Shown here piece after piece: positions 9,098 through 18,995 of a stretch of DNA of 64,000 nucleotides; position 1 is the stretch's first letter, and each line of letters begins with the position of its first letter. A program made the translations under genes and the position numbers. The notes under the pieces are model-generated. The model worked only from the letters and a program-made list of their open reading frames with translations. It made no database searches and was not told the origin of the DNA. The stretch lies in assembly GCA_963811145.1 (NCBI GenBank), contig CAWEQC010000003.1, positions 674,897 through 738,896 on the forward strand. Reading direction: 5' to 3'. The stretch is from an uncultured Chloroflexia bacterium. GTDB lineage: Bacteria; Chloroflexota; Limnocylindria; QHBO01.

Positions 9098-9567
9098 ACC
9101 GCCTGCTCCCGGCCATCGCGGTGGGTGGCCTGCTCGCGCTGCTGGCGCTCGCGATCGTGGTGGCGCTGCAGCCGCGGCCGACGCCCTCGGCCGCCGAGCG
9201 CGCCGACGCGATCGCCCGCGAGCTGCGCTGCCCGGACTGCCAGGGCCTCTCGGTGGCAGACTCGCCGACCCGCTCGGCAGAGGAGATCCGCCGCCAGATC
9301 GACGAGCTGGTGGCCGGCGGCGCCACCAACCAGGAGGTGCGCGATCACTTCGTGGCGCGCTACGGCCAGTGGATCCGGCTGGCTCCGAGCTCGCCGATCG
9401 TCTGGATCATCCCGTTCGCCGTGGTGCTCGCCGGAGCGGCTGCGCTCGCGGGTTGGCTGATCGCACGCCGGAGGGCCGACGTGGCGTCGCCGGCAGCCGC
9501 CGGTCTCCGCCGAGGAGCGGCGAAGCCTGCGCGAGGAGGCAGAGGCGCTCGATGCCTGAGCAGCTGA
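9094..9567 (+). CDS. ccmH: Cytochrome c-type biogenesis protein CcmH
   Basis: The CXXC motif is LRCPDCQG. A C-terminal TM segment is present. Confidence 0.7.
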   Translation: MNRLLPAIAVGGLLALLALAIVVALQPRPTPSAAERADAIARELRCPDCQGLSVADSPTRSAEEIRRQIDELVAGGATNQEVRDHFVARYGQWIRLAPSSPIVWIIPFAVVLAGAAALAGWLIARRRADVASPAAAGLRRGAAKPARGGRGARCLSS

Positions 9568-10409
9568 TCCTGGTGCTGGCAATGGCCGCTGCGGGCGTCC
9601 TCGTCCTGCTCCCTCTTGTCCGGTCGCGTCCGACCGCCGAGGCTCAGGCCGAGGATCGTGAGGCCGCCGTCCTTCGGCACCGCGTGTCACTCGAGGCGCT
9701 GCGCGACGTGGAGACCGACCGCACGGCCGGATCGCTCGACACAGTGAGCTACGCCGAGCAGCTGGCCCAGGCCGAGGAGCGGGCCGCGCTCACGCGCGCC
9801 GCGCTCGATAGGGAAGGTCGCGACCGGTCGCCGATGCCGGGCGACCGTGGCCGTCGGGCCGCCATCGTGGCCGCCGCCGTCATCGGCGCCGTCCTGCTGG
9901 CAGGGTCCTACCTGCCGGCGACCGGGATCCCGAACCGGACCGACATCAATCAGCCATTGGCTGATGCGCAGGCGGCGGAGTCGGCGCGACAGGACCGGAT
10001 CGCCGGCCTGCTCGATGCCCTCGCCGAGCGCCCGGACGACACGTGGACGATCTCGGCCCTCGCCGACGAGTACCTCGCCGGGTCCACCCGGGAAGACCTC
10101 GTGCGCGCCGCGGTGAGCCTCCAGCTGCTCATCGGGCTGGAGCCGGAACGGGCCGATGCCTACGAGCGGATCATGACCGCCTACCTGCGCGCCGGCGACG
10201 CGGCCAACGCACGCTCCGCCCATGACTCGTATGCGGCGCTCGGCTCCGCCGATCCTGTCGAGGTCGCGTTCTTCGACGGGCTGATCGCGCGGGCGGAGGG
10301 CGACCGGGAGGCCGCGCTGGCGGCCTTCGATCGGTTCCTCGAGCTCGCCCCGGACGATCCGCGGGCGGACATGATTCGCGGCCTGCGCGACGACGCGGCC
10401 GGGTCCTGA
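9552..10409 (+). CDS. ccmI: CcmI-like TPR/helical biogenesis factor
   Basis: ATG 9552 overlaps the ccmH end. An N-terminal TM segment is followed by a helical repeat region. It is the last gene of the ccm operon. Confidence 0.5.
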   Translation: MPEQLILVLAMAAAGVLVLLPLVRSRPTAEAQAEDREAAVLRHRVSLEALRDVETDRTAGSLDTVSYAEQLAQAEERAALTRAALDREGRDRSPMPGDRGRRAAIVAAAVIGAVLLAGSYLPATGIPNRTDINQPLADAQAAESARQDRIAGLLDALAERPDDTWTISALADEYLAGSTREDLVRAAVSLQLLIGLEPERADAYERIMTAYLRAGDAANARSAHDSYAALGSADPVEVAFFDGLIARAEGDREAALAAFDRFLELAPDDPRADMIRGLRDDAAGS

Positions 10410-10413
10410 GGGC

Positions 10414-10917
10414 CTAGGTCGCCTCCACGATCGGGTCGAGCATGCGCTCGAGATCGGCGAGATCGTCGGTGGAGAGCCGATCCAGGAAATGGGTCGCCAC
10501 GCCGCGCAGGTGCGTCGGGGACGCCTGGCGGAGCCGCCCGTAGCCGGCATCGGTCAGGGAGGCCCACTGGCCACGGCGGTCGCTCTCGCAGTCGACGCGC
10601 TCGACCAGGCCGTTCGTCACCAGGCGGTCGATCAGGCGCGTGGCGCCCGAGCGAGAGAGCAGCAGGCGATCGGCGAGCTCGCTCATCCGCAGGCGATGCT
10701 CAGTGGCGGCGGCAAGCTGCACGAGGACGTCATAGTCGGTGAGGGCCAGCTGCTGCTCGTCCTGGAGCTCACGCTCCAGCTCGCGAACCACACGCGCGTG
10801 GGCGAGCAGGAACGAACGCCAGGCGCTGAGGCGCGGGTCATGGCTCGTGATCTGCTCGCTCATCGGTCTATCCGCTGGTAGGGCATGTAGTTGCACGATC
10901 AAGGATACACGCCCCAC
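10414..10917 (-). CDS. MarR-family transcriptional regulator
   Basis: It has a winged-helix MarR signature (LTDYDVLVQLAA...RMSELADRLLLSRSGATRLIDRLVTNGLVER). The true start is probably the internal Met at about 10863. Confidence 0.7.
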   Translation of the reverse strand: MGRVSLIVQLHALPADRPMSEQITSHDPRLSAWRSFLLAHARVVRELERELQDEQQLALTDYDVLVQLAAATEHRLRMSELADRLLLSRSGATRLIDRLVTNGLVERVDCESDRRGQWASLTDAGYGRLRQASPTHLRGVATHFLDRLSTDDLADLERMLDPIVEAT

Positions 10918-11036
10918 AGCGTGACGGGCCGCGTCTACGATGGCTCGATGCCGAGGATCACCCGCCCGCTCGACCCGACCACCGACCAGCGGCTTGATCT
11001 CCAGTTATCAGTGGGGCAGTAGGGTCAGGCATCCTG

Positions 11037-13130
11037 ATGGTCACGTCTGTGCGGTCCGTCGAGCGCGACTCCGAACCCGGGAGGTCCGACGGCAGCTTCC
11101 TGAATCGAGAGCTGTCCTGGCTGGACTTCAACGAGCGTGTGCTCGCGCTGGCCGAGGACACCAGGCTCCCGCTGCTCGAGCGGGTGAAGTTCGTCGCGAT
11201 CTTCGCCAGCAATCTCGATGAGTTCTACCAGGTTCGCGTCGCGACGCTGCGGCGCCAGCAGCTGGCCGCCCCTGGGCTGATCTCGCCGGACGGTCTCGAC
11301 GCAGCGAAGCAGCTGGAGCTCATTGCCGTCCGCGCCGCGGACCTTGCAATGCGCCATGCGAAGGTATTCACTCGCGATCTGAAGCCGCGCCTCGCGAGGG
11401 CCGGCATCCAGGTGCTGCGTTGGCGCCAGGTGCCCGACGACGCACGCAGGGCGCTGACCGCGACCTTCGTCGAGCGGGTCTTTCCCGTCCTCACTCCGCT
11501 GGCCGTCGACCCGGGGCATCCATTCCCGTACATCTCGAACCTGTCGCTGAACCTCGCGGTGTGGCTGCGCGATCCGGACGATGGTCGACGACGCTTCGCG
11601 CGCGTCAAAGTCCCGCCGCTGCTCGCCCGGTTCCTGGACGCCGGCGACCCTTCGACCTTCGTGCCGCTCGAGGATGTCATTGCGGCCAACCTGGGCCTCC
11701 TCTTCCCCGGCATGGAGATCCTGGCGCACTACCCGTTCCGCGTCACGCGCGCAAGCGATCTCGAGCTCGACGACGATGCCGCCGAGGATCTGCTCCGCGC
11801 GCTCGAGGCAGAGCTGCGTCGGCGGCGGTTCAGCCCTGCCGTTCGGCTCGAGGTCGACCGGCGGATGCCGGCCCAGCTCGCCGACCTCCTCAGCCGCGAG
11901 CTCCTGCTGGACGAGCAGTACATCCAGCGGCTGGGCGGCCCATTGGGCCTGGCCGACCTGTGGAGCCTGATCGGGGTGGACCGTCCCGACCTCAAGTACC
12001 CGCCCTTCCATCCATCGCCGCCACGAGGGCTGGTTCGGGACGCCGATGGCGACGTCGACCTCTTCGCCACGCTGGACCGCCAGGACCTGCTTGTCCACCA
12101 TCCATACGACTCGTTCGCGCTGACCGTCCAAGCCTTCATCGAGCAGGCGGCGAGCGATCCGGGCGTGCTTGCCATCAAGCAGACGCTCTACCGGACCTCT
12201 GGCGAGAGCCCGATCGTCGACGCGCTCATCGCCGCGGCGGAGGCGGGAAAGCAGGTCGTCGTCCTGGTGGAGATCAAGGCTCGCTTCGATGAACAGGCGA
12301 ACATCGCATGGGCGCGCATGCTGGAGCGCGCGGGCTGCCACGTCGTCTACGGACTGATGGGCCTCAAGACGCACTGCAAGCTGCTGCTGGTGGTGCGCAA
12401 CGAAGCCGATGGGCTCCGCCGCTACGTGCACATCGGGACCGGGAACTATCACCCCACGACCGCGAACCAGTACGAGGACGTCGGGCTGCTGACCACCGAT
12501 CCATTGCTGGCCGCGGACGTGAGCCACCTGTTCAACCTGCTCACCGGGTATTCGCGGCTCACCGCGTACGACTCATTGCTGGTGGCGCCGCTCGATCTGC
12601 GCCAGAGGATCGTCGGCATGATCGCGGGCCAGGCGGCGCTCGCAGCCGCGGGCAAGCCCGCCCGAATCGTGATGAAGCTGAACAACCTCGTCGACGAGGC
12701 GGTGACCAGCGCCCTGTACGACGCCTCGAACGCGGGCGTCAACGTCGACCTCGTCATTCGCAGCATCTGCGCGCTGCGCCCGGGGATCAAGGGCATGAGT
12801 GAACGCATCCGGGTTCGCAGCATCCTCGGCAGGTTCCTCGAGCACTCACGGATCTTCCGCTTCGGCGAAGGCGACGAGGACGAGATCTGGATCGGGAGCG
12901 CCGACATGATGCATCGCAACCTCGACCGACGCGTCGAGGTGCTGGTCCGTATCGGTGACGCCGAGCAGCGGTCTCGCCTCCGTTCCTTCCTCGAGCTGGC
13001 GGTGACCGACGCCGGCGCGTGGGAGCTGGGCCCGGACGGATCGTGGACGCGCGGTACGGCCGATCCCGCGAGGCCTCCGCTCCAGGAGATTCTCATGGCC
13101 CGCGCAAGCCATGCCATGATCGACCGATGA
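11037..13130 (+). CDS. ppk: Polyphosphate kinase 1
   Basis: It is 697 aa with the PPK1 N-terminal motif NRELSWLDFNERVL and PLD-like C-terminal domains. Confidence 0.9.
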   Translation: MVTSVRSVERDSEPGRSDGSFLNRELSWLDFNERVLALAEDTRLPLLERVKFVAIFASNLDEFYQVRVATLRRQQLAAPGLISPDGLDAAKQLELIAVRAADLAMRHAKVFTRDLKPRLARAGIQVLRWRQVPDDARRALTATFVERVFPVLTPLAVDPGHPFPYISNLSLNLAVWLRDPDDGRRRFARVKVPPLLARFLDAGDPSTFVPLEDVIAANLGLLFPGMEILAHYPFRVTRASDLELDDDAAEDLLRALEAELRRRRFSPAVRLEVDRRMPAQLADLLSRELLLDEQYIQRLGGPLGLADLWSLIGVDRPDLKYPPFHPSPPRGLVRDADGDVDLFATLDRQDLLVHHPYDSFALTVQAFIEQAASDPGVLAIKQTLYRTSGESPIVDALIAAAEAGKQVVVLVEIKARFDEQANIAWARMLERAGCHVVYGLMGLKTHCKLLLVVRNEADGLRRYVHIGTGNYHPTTANQYEDVGLLTTDPLLAADVSHLFNLLTGYSRLTAYDSLLVAPLDLRQRIVGMIAGQAALAAAGKPARIVMKLNNLVDEAVTSALYDASNAGVNVDLVIRSICALRPGIKGMSERIRVRSILGRFLEHSRIFRFGEGDEDEIWIGSADMMHRNLDRRVEVLVRIGDAEQRSRLRSFLELAVTDAGAWELGPDGSWTRGTADPARPPLQEILMARASHAMIDR

Positions 13131-14626
13131 CGGAGCGCGAGATCAAGCTCTCCCTACCCGGTCGATTCACCATTCCACCGCTCCTGGTCGACGGAACGCC
13201 CCTGACCCAGCACGCGCTTTCGGACCTTGACCTGCGAGCAACGTACTTCGACACCGCTGATCTGCGGCTGGCACGCCACGGCGTCACCCTGCGCTATCGC
13301 ACGGGCGAAGCCACCGGTCCCACGTGGACGCTCAAGCTGCCTGTGGCCAGCAACAGCTCGACCACGATGGCGCGGGACGAACTCCAGTTCGACGGCCCGA
13401 GGCGTGAGCCGCCCACGGAAGCCCGCGCCCTCGTCACCGCCTATGCGCGGCGCGAGCCGCTGGTGGCGGTGGCGACACTCCGCACCAAGCGGCGACGCTG
13501 GCGTTTCCGGATCGGCGAGACCGAGGTGGCCGAGCTCGCCAACGACGAAGTCTCGGTCGTAGAGGGTCGTCGCATCGTCTCCCGCTTCAGGGAGCTCGAG
13601 CTCGAGGCGATCGAGGACGGCGCGCCGTTGGAGGATCTCGCCGAGCAGCTTCGTGTGGCCGGCGCCACCGATGCGGAACCCATCCCCAAGGTCGTGCGGG
13701 CTCTCGGTTCTCGCGCCACCGCCACTCCGGACATCTCACCGGTGGTGCTGCCGTCGGAGCCGACGATCGCGGACGCGCTCGCCGACTCGATCGCCGACGC
13801 CCTGGTGCGGCTCCTGCGAAACGACCCACTCACGCGGATGGGGGATGCGGAGGGCCTCCACCAGCTGCGCGTTTCTCTCCGCCGCCTTCGGAGTGACCTC
13901 CATACGCTCGAAGACATGGTGGAGCCGACCTGGCTGGCGCGGGTGGAGCCGGACCTGCGCACCGTGGCCGACGCCCTCGCCGACGCCCGTGACCTGGATG
14001 TCCTGGTCGAGCGGCTGACCCCGGCGGATGGCGCCCAGATGGCCGCGCTCGCTCCGCTCTTCGCGACGCTCGACCGGCGCCGTGCGAAGGCGAGGGACGC
14101 CGTCGTCCGCATCCTCAACGAACCGATCTACCCGGCGCTGATCGACGAGCTGGTCGCGGCGGCATCCCGGCCCCCGGTCGCCCCTCCGGCAGCCGAACCG
14201 GCGGCAACCGCGCTGCCGCCCCTCGTGCTGGCGGCGTGGGCCCGTTTCGAGCGACGAGCCGAGGACCTGTCGAGCGACAGCGCGGACGCCGACTTCCACC
14301 GAACGCGGATCGCCGCGAAACGGGCCAGGTACGCAACCGAGCTGGCGGCTCGCGTGCTGGGTGGACGACAGGCGGCCGGAGCCAGGCGGCTGGCCGGCCG
14401 GTTGGCGGACGTGCAGGACCAGCTCGGCACCCTCCAGGACGCGGCGGTTGCCGAAACGACGATGCGGGCAACACTCGAAGGTCAGCAGCCGGAGGCCCAG
14501 TACGCCTTCGAGATCGGCCGGCTGGTCGAGCAGCAGCGCAACCTCGCGGCCGAAGCTCGTCGCGCGTTCGCCCAAACGTGGACGGACCTGCAGCGACGAC
14601 GCTGGCGGAAGTGGGCCACGACATGA
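13127..14626 (+). CDS. CYTH (triphosphate tunnel metalloenzyme) plus CHAD domain protein
   Basis: It opens with the EREIKL motif (MTEREIKLSLPG), then a long alpha-helical CHAD region with a conserved His. ATG 13127 overlaps the ppk stop as ATGA. Confidence 0.75.
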   Translation: MTEREIKLSLPGRFTIPPLLVDGTPLTQHALSDLDLRATYFDTADLRLARHGVTLRYRTGEATGPTWTLKLPVASNSSTTMARDELQFDGPRREPPTEARALVTAYARREPLVAVATLRTKRRRWRFRIGETEVAELANDEVSVVEGRRIVSRFRELELEAIEDGAPLEDLAEQLRVAGATDAEPIPKVVRALGSRATATPDISPVVLPSEPTIADALADSIADALVRLLRNDPLTRMGDAEGLHQLRVSLRRLRSDLHTLEDMVEPTWLARVEPDLRTVADALADARDLDVLVERLTPADGAQMAALAPLFATLDRRRAKARDAVVRILNEPIYPALIDELVAAASRPPVAPPAAEPAATALPPLVLAAWARFERRAEDLSSDSADADFHRTRIAAKRARYATELAARVLGGRQAAGARRLAGRLADVQDQLGTLQDAAVAETTMRATLEGQQPEAQYAFEIGRLVEQQRNLAAEARRAFAQTWTDLQRRRWRKWATT

Positions 14627-15567
14627 GCGGCCCGTTGATTCGGGCGGCCGGTGGCGTCGTGTGGCGTCCGGCATCACTGCCAAACGGGGAGGTCAGCGTC
14701 GAGGTCGCGGTCATCCACCGGCCGCGATATGACGATCTGAGCCTGCCAAAGGGGAAGCTCGCCACGGGGGAATCGGACCTGGAGGGCGCGGTGCGCGAGG
14801 TCCTCGAGGAGACCGGCTTCCACGTTCGTGTCGGGCGGCCGCTCGGCGAGACGCGCTACGACAAGGCGACCGCCGACGGCCTGCGCCCGAAGGTGATTCG
14901 ATGGTGGGCGATGCAGGCCGAGGAGGGCGCGTTCTCCGCGACCCGCGAGGTGGATGAGCTGCATTGGCTGTCACTCGCCGACGCGTCCGAGCGGCTCACG
15001 CGTCCCACCGACCGCGAGGTCCTTGAGCGATTCGCCCGGGGTGTCGCGCCGACGCGCACCGTGCTCCTCGTCAGGCATGCCTCAGCCGGCAGCCGATCCG
15101 GCTGGACGGGGGACGACCGGGAGCGCCCGCTCGACGAGTGCGGCATTGCCCAGGCCGACGAACTCGTGCGCCGCCTGTCCCGCTTCGAGGTTGGCCGCGT
15201 CGTGTCGGCCGATGTCCGCCGGTGCGTGGACACCGTTGCGCCGGTGGCCGAGGCGCTCGGCCTCTTGCAGGATGTCGAGCCGCTCCTGGGGGAGGTCGCC
15301 TATCCCGGCCGTGAGGAGGAGGCCGTGGCGCTGGTCCGCCACCTCGGGGACGTGGAGGTGGATGCCATCGCCTGCAGCCAGGGTGACGTGATTCCCGACC
15401 TTGTGGGGCGCCTCGCGACCGCCGATGGCCTTGCGCTGGACGAGCCAATCCGTGCAGGCAAGGGATCGACGTGGGCGCTCACGCTCGACGCCGATGGCCG
15501 CCTGGTCGCCGCCGACTATCTGGAGCCCCCGCGGCCATCCGTCTGCAGCGGCGAGGACGCCGCCTAG
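14623..15567 (+). CDS. mutT1: Nudix hydrolase fused to a histidine-phosphatase (SixA/PGM-like) domain, MutT1-like
   Basis: The Nudix box is GKLATGESDLEGAVREVLEETG. The C-terminal RHASAG motif (LLVRHASAGSRSGW) marks the His-phosphatase domain. ATGA overlaps the upstream gene. Confidence 0.7.
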   Translation: MSGPLIRAAGGVVWRPASLPNGEVSVEVAVIHRPRYDDLSLPKGKLATGESDLEGAVREVLEETGFHVRVGRPLGETRYDKATADGLRPKVIRWWAMQAEEGAFSATREVDELHWLSLADASERLTRPTDREVLERFARGVAPTRTVLLVRHASAGSRSGWTGDDRERPLDECGIAQADELVRRLSRFEVGRVVSADVRRCVDTVAPVAEALGLLQDVEPLLGEVAYPGREEEAVALVRHLGDVEVDAIACSQGDVIPDLVGRLATADGLALDEPIRAGKGSTWALTLDADGRLVAADYLEPPRPSVCSGEDAA

Positions 15568-15587
15568 CCGATCGCGCGCGCTCAGCC

Positions 15588-16646
15588 TCAACGCTCCGAG
15601 CGCGGGACCTCGATCCAGAAGGTCGACCCGACGCCCTCCTCCGAGCTCAGGCCGACTGCACCGCCGTGCGCCTCGGCGATGTGGCGGACGATCGCCAGGC
15701 CGAGCCCGGCACTGCCGCCGAGCTCGCGCGCGTCTCGTTCCCGCGCACGAGAGCGGTCGACCTTGTAGAAGCGCTCGAAGATGCGTTGCTGATGCGCCTC
15801 CGGGACGCCGATGCCGTCGTCGGCGACGGTGAAGCGCACCCGGTCATCCAGTGGCTCCCAGCCGACACGCACCTCGCCACCGGGATGGCTGTATTTGACG
15901 CCGTTGTGGGCCAGGTTGAGCAGGGCCTGGCCGAGACGCGCCGGATCGGCCAGCGCGCGGACGTCCGACGACGGAGGCGGGAGCCGCCTGATCGTCACCC
16001 CCCCGCGCTCTGCCACCGGACCGATACGGGCCACGATGTCCGCGACGACCTCCTCTGGATCCAGCGACTCCAGCGCCAGCTTGGTCTCGCCGGACTCGAT
16101 CATCGAGAGGTCGAGCAGCTCGTCGACGAGCTGGGCGAGGTGATCGGTCTCGCGCTCGATCTGGGTGGCGAAGTCGCGCATGGTCGCGTCGTCGTCGACG
16201 GTGCCGGAGCTCAGCGTCTCAGCCAGCAGCTTGATCGAAGTGAGCGGCGTCCGCAGCTCGTGGCTGATGTTGGCGACGAAGTCACGCCGTACCCGCTCGA
16301 TCCGGCGCAGGGCCGTGATGTCGTGCAGCGACATGACGAGCCCGCCGTCGTCCAGGGGAACGACGTCGATGGCGAACTGGCGCATGCCGAGCCGCCCGAG
16401 ATCCGCCTCGCCGGTCGTCGCCTCGCCGCTGGCGGCGGCCTGTCGCGCAACGGCGTCCAGCGAGGCCGATCCGAAGGCCGCGATCAGGCTCATGCCATAT
16501 AGCGACGAATCGCCGCGGTCCGCCAGTGACGCCGCTTCCTGCCCCGCTCGGACGATCCGCAGGCGGTCGTCGACCAGGATCAGGAGGTCGCCACCGCGAC
16601 GCGCGAGCAGGGCTTCGAAGGCGGCCGAAGAGCTGGGACCCGTCAC
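15588..16646 (-). CDS. senX3: Sensor histidine kinase (SenX3/PhoR-like)
   Basis: It has a PAS-like N-terminus, H-box FVANISHELRTPLTSI, and HATPase motifs. It lies downstream of and overlaps the response regulator. Confidence 0.7.
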   Translation of the reverse strand: MTGPSSSAAFEALLARRGGDLLILVDDRLRIVRAGQEAASLADRGDSSLYGMSLIAAFGSASLDAVARQAAASGEATTGEADLGRLGMRQFAIDVVPLDDGGLVMSLHDITALRRIERVRRDFVANISHELRTPLTSIKLLAETLSSGTVDDDATMRDFATQIERETDHLAQLVDELLDLSMIESGETKLALESLDPEEVVADIVARIGPVAERGGVTIRRLPPPSSDVRALADPARLGQALLNLAHNGVKYSHPGGEVRVGWEPLDDRVRFTVADDGIGVPEAHQQRIFERFYKVDRSRARERDARELGGSAGLGLAIVRHIAEAHGGAVGLSSEEGVGSTFWIEVPRSER

Positions 16647-17341
16647 GCGGGTCGTGGGGCGAATGCGTAGCCGACCCCGCGCACCGTGCGGAAGTAATTG
16701 TGGCCGTCGGCCCCGCGGAGCTTGCCTCGCAGCCAGCTCACATGAACGTCCACCGTGCGACCGTCACCGAGGTAGTCGTACCCCCAGATGCGCGCCAGCA
16801 GCTGGTCACGGGTGAAGATGCGGCCCGGGCTGGCCGCCATGTGGGCGAGCAGGTCGAACTCCTTGGTCGTCAGGTGGATCGGCTCGCCCTGGACCGTGAC
16901 CTCGCGCCTTGCGACATCGATCGCAACCTTGCCGAACGCGAGCTGGTCGCGACGCTCCGGCTCGTCGGTCTCCCGTCGGTGCCGGCGCAGCACCGCCTCG
17001 ATCCGCGCCAGCAGCTCCGGACGGCTGAACGGCTTGGCGACGTAGTCGTCGGCGCCAACCTTCAGGCCGACCACGCGGTCGATCTCGTCGCCCTTTGCCG
17101 ACAGGATGATGACCGGCGTCGCGACGCCCTCACGGCGGAGGACGCGGAGGACCTCCACGCCGCTGAGGCCCGGAAGCATGACGTCGAGGAGGATCAGGTC
17201 GAGGCGCTCGTTTCGCGCAGCTTCGAGAGCGGCCTCGCCATCGGCCGCCGAGGTCACGTCGTAGCCCTCGCGGGTGAGGTTGAAGGTGAGCGCCTGCCGT
17301 AGGGTGGGATCGTCCTCGACGAGGAGCAACCTGCGTCGCAT
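16643..17341 (-). CDS. regX3: OmpR-family response regulator (RegX3/PhoP-like)
   Basis: The receiver domain opens MRRRLLLVEDD...LDVMLPGLSG. The C-terminal winged-helix (trans_reg_C) is present. Arithmetic and sequence both place the start at 17341. Confidence 0.8.
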   Translation of the reverse strand: MRRRLLLVEDDPTLRQALTFNLTREGYDVTSAADGEAALEAARNERLDLILLDVMLPGLSGVEVLRVLRREGVATPVIILSAKGDEIDRVVGLKVGADDYVAKPFSRPELLARIEAVLRRHRRETDEPERRDQLAFGKVAIDVARREVTVQGEPIHLTTKEFDLLAHMAASPGRIFTRDQLLARIWGYDYLGDGRTVDVHVSWLRGKLRGADGHNYFRTVRGVGYAFAPRPA

Positions 17342-17351
17342 CGGCCCCCTC

Positions 17352-18044
17352 CTAGGGGTTGAGGTCCTCGACCTGGCCTGTCGCCAGGAAGACCACGTCC
17401 TCGCCGATGTTCGTGACCCGGTCGCCCAGCCGTTCGAGATGGTGCGCGGCGAAGAGCATGTGCGTCGTCTGGCGCGCCCGTTCCGGCGCGACGGCGAGCA
17501 GCTGCATGGCGTCCTCGTAGACGCTGTTGTAGAGGTGGTCGATCTCGTCGTCACGCTGGGCCACCCCGCGGGCGTCCGACTCGCTGATGTCGACGAGCGC
17601 CCGCATCGCGTCGCGCAGCTGTTCCCGGCAGATCTGCTCCATTCGCGGGATCTGCTTGAGGATCGGAGTCTCAGGCTCGCTGGCCAGCTGCTGGGCGAGC
17701 TTGGCGATGTTGACCGCGTAGTCGCCCATGCGCTCCAGCTCTGCCGAGGCGTGATAGAGCGCGAGCAGCTCGCGCACGTCACGCGCCACCGGGCCCTGGG
17801 TGGCGATGAGCGTGGTGATCTCGGTGTTGATCTGGCGCTGGAGCTCATTGACCTCGGCATCGTCCCGCCGGACCTGATCGGCGAGCTCTGAGTCGCGCTC
17901 GACCAGTGCGCGGCCGGCTCGTTCCAGGGCGTCCTCCACCCGCGCGCCGAGGCGCAGGACGTCGTCCTTGACGCTGTCGAGCGCGCGGTCGAACGTCGCA
18001 CGCGGCCCCGGCCGCTCCGGTGTCTGACCGACTGCCCCTTCCAT
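17352..18044 (-). CDS. phoU: Phosphate transport system regulatory protein PhoU
   Basis: It has the two PhoU repeats (ELERMGDYAVNI / HLERLGDRVTNI). Confidence 0.8.
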   Translation of the reverse strand: MEGAVGQTPERPGPRATFDRALDSVKDDVLRLGARVEDALERAGRALVERDSELADQVRRDDAEVNELQRQINTEITTLIATQGPVARDVRELLALYHASAELERMGDYAVNIAKLAQQLASEPETPILKQIPRMEQICREQLRDAMRALVDISESDARGVAQRDDEIDHLYNSVYEDAMQLLAVAPERARQTTHMLFAAHHLERLGDRVTNIGEDVVFLATGQVEDLNP

Positions 18045-18059
18045 TCCGCGCTCCTTGCC

Positions 18060-18995
18060 CTAGCCGAACCGGCCGGTGATGTAGTCCTCGGTGAGTCGAT
18101 GCGTCGGCCGCGTGAAGAGATCCTGCGTCCGCGCCATCTCGACGAGATAGCCGGCGCGGTCTTCGCCCATCGTCAGGAAGGCCGTCACGTCACTGGCGCG
18201 CGCCGCCTGCTGCATGTTGTGAGTGACGATGACGATCGTGTAGTTCTGCTTGAGCTCGCGCATCAGCTCCTCGATGCGGAGGGTGGCGATCGGGTCGAGC
18301 GCTGAGCATGGCTCGTCCATCAGGATCACGTCCGGCTCCACGGCGATCGCGCGCGCGATGCAGAGGCGCTGCTGCTGGCCGCCGGACAGCGCCGTCCCCG
18401 GTTCCTTGAGCTTGTCCTTCACCTCGTCCCACAGCGCCGCGCGGCGCAGTGAGCGTTCGACCAGCTCGTCCATGCTGCCGCGATAACCGCCAACCTTCGG
18501 GCCGAACGAGACGTTGTCGTAGATGCTCTTGGGGAAGGGATTCGGCTTCTGGAAGACCATCCCGATCCGTCGACGCACCTCGACCGGATCGACGCCGTCG
18601 GCATAGAGGTCGACGCCGTGGTACAGGATCCGACCCTCGATCCGTGCGGAGTCGACGAGGTCGTTCATGCGGTTGAAGCTGCGCAGCAGCGTGCTTTTGC
18701 CGCAGCCGGATGGGCCGATGATGGCGGTGATCTGGTTCTTCGGGACCGCCAGGCTGATGTCGCGCACCGCCCGGAAGGAGCCGTAGAAGCAGGAGAGATT
18801 CTCCAGCTCGAAGACGACCTCGTCGTTCGCGAACTCCATCGCCTCCGCGCGTCCGCTCGTCGCGGGCGCGATCGGCTCAGCCTCATCGAGCGTGGTCACG
18901 AGCCGTATTGTCGGCCCTGCGCCGGCGGCGTGCTCGCCGACCGGGATCGGCTTCGTCTCGGTTTCGACGGTCACTGGCTCACCACTTTCGGTCAT
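18060..18995 (-). CDS. pstB: Phosphate ABC transporter ATP-binding protein PstB
   Basis: Walker A is GPSGCGKST with the PstB-specific FNRMNDL. The start is taken at the Met of MTESGEP, 12 nt past the pstA stop. Confidence 0.85.
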   Translation of the reverse strand: MTESGEPVTVETETKPIPVGEHAAGAGPTIRLVTTLDEAEPIAPATSGRAEAMEFANDEVVFELENLSCFYGSFRAVRDISLAVPKNQITAIIGPSGCGKSTLLRSFNRMNDLVDSARIEGRILYHGVDLYADGVDPVEVRRRIGMVFQKPNPFPKSIYDNVSFGPKVGGYRGSMDELVERSLRRAALWDEVKDKLKEPGTALSGGQQQRLCIARAIAVEPDVILMDEPCSALDPIATLRIEELMRELKQNYTIVIVTHNMQQAARASDVTAFLTMGEDRAGYLVEMARTQDLFTRPTHRLTEDYITGRFG

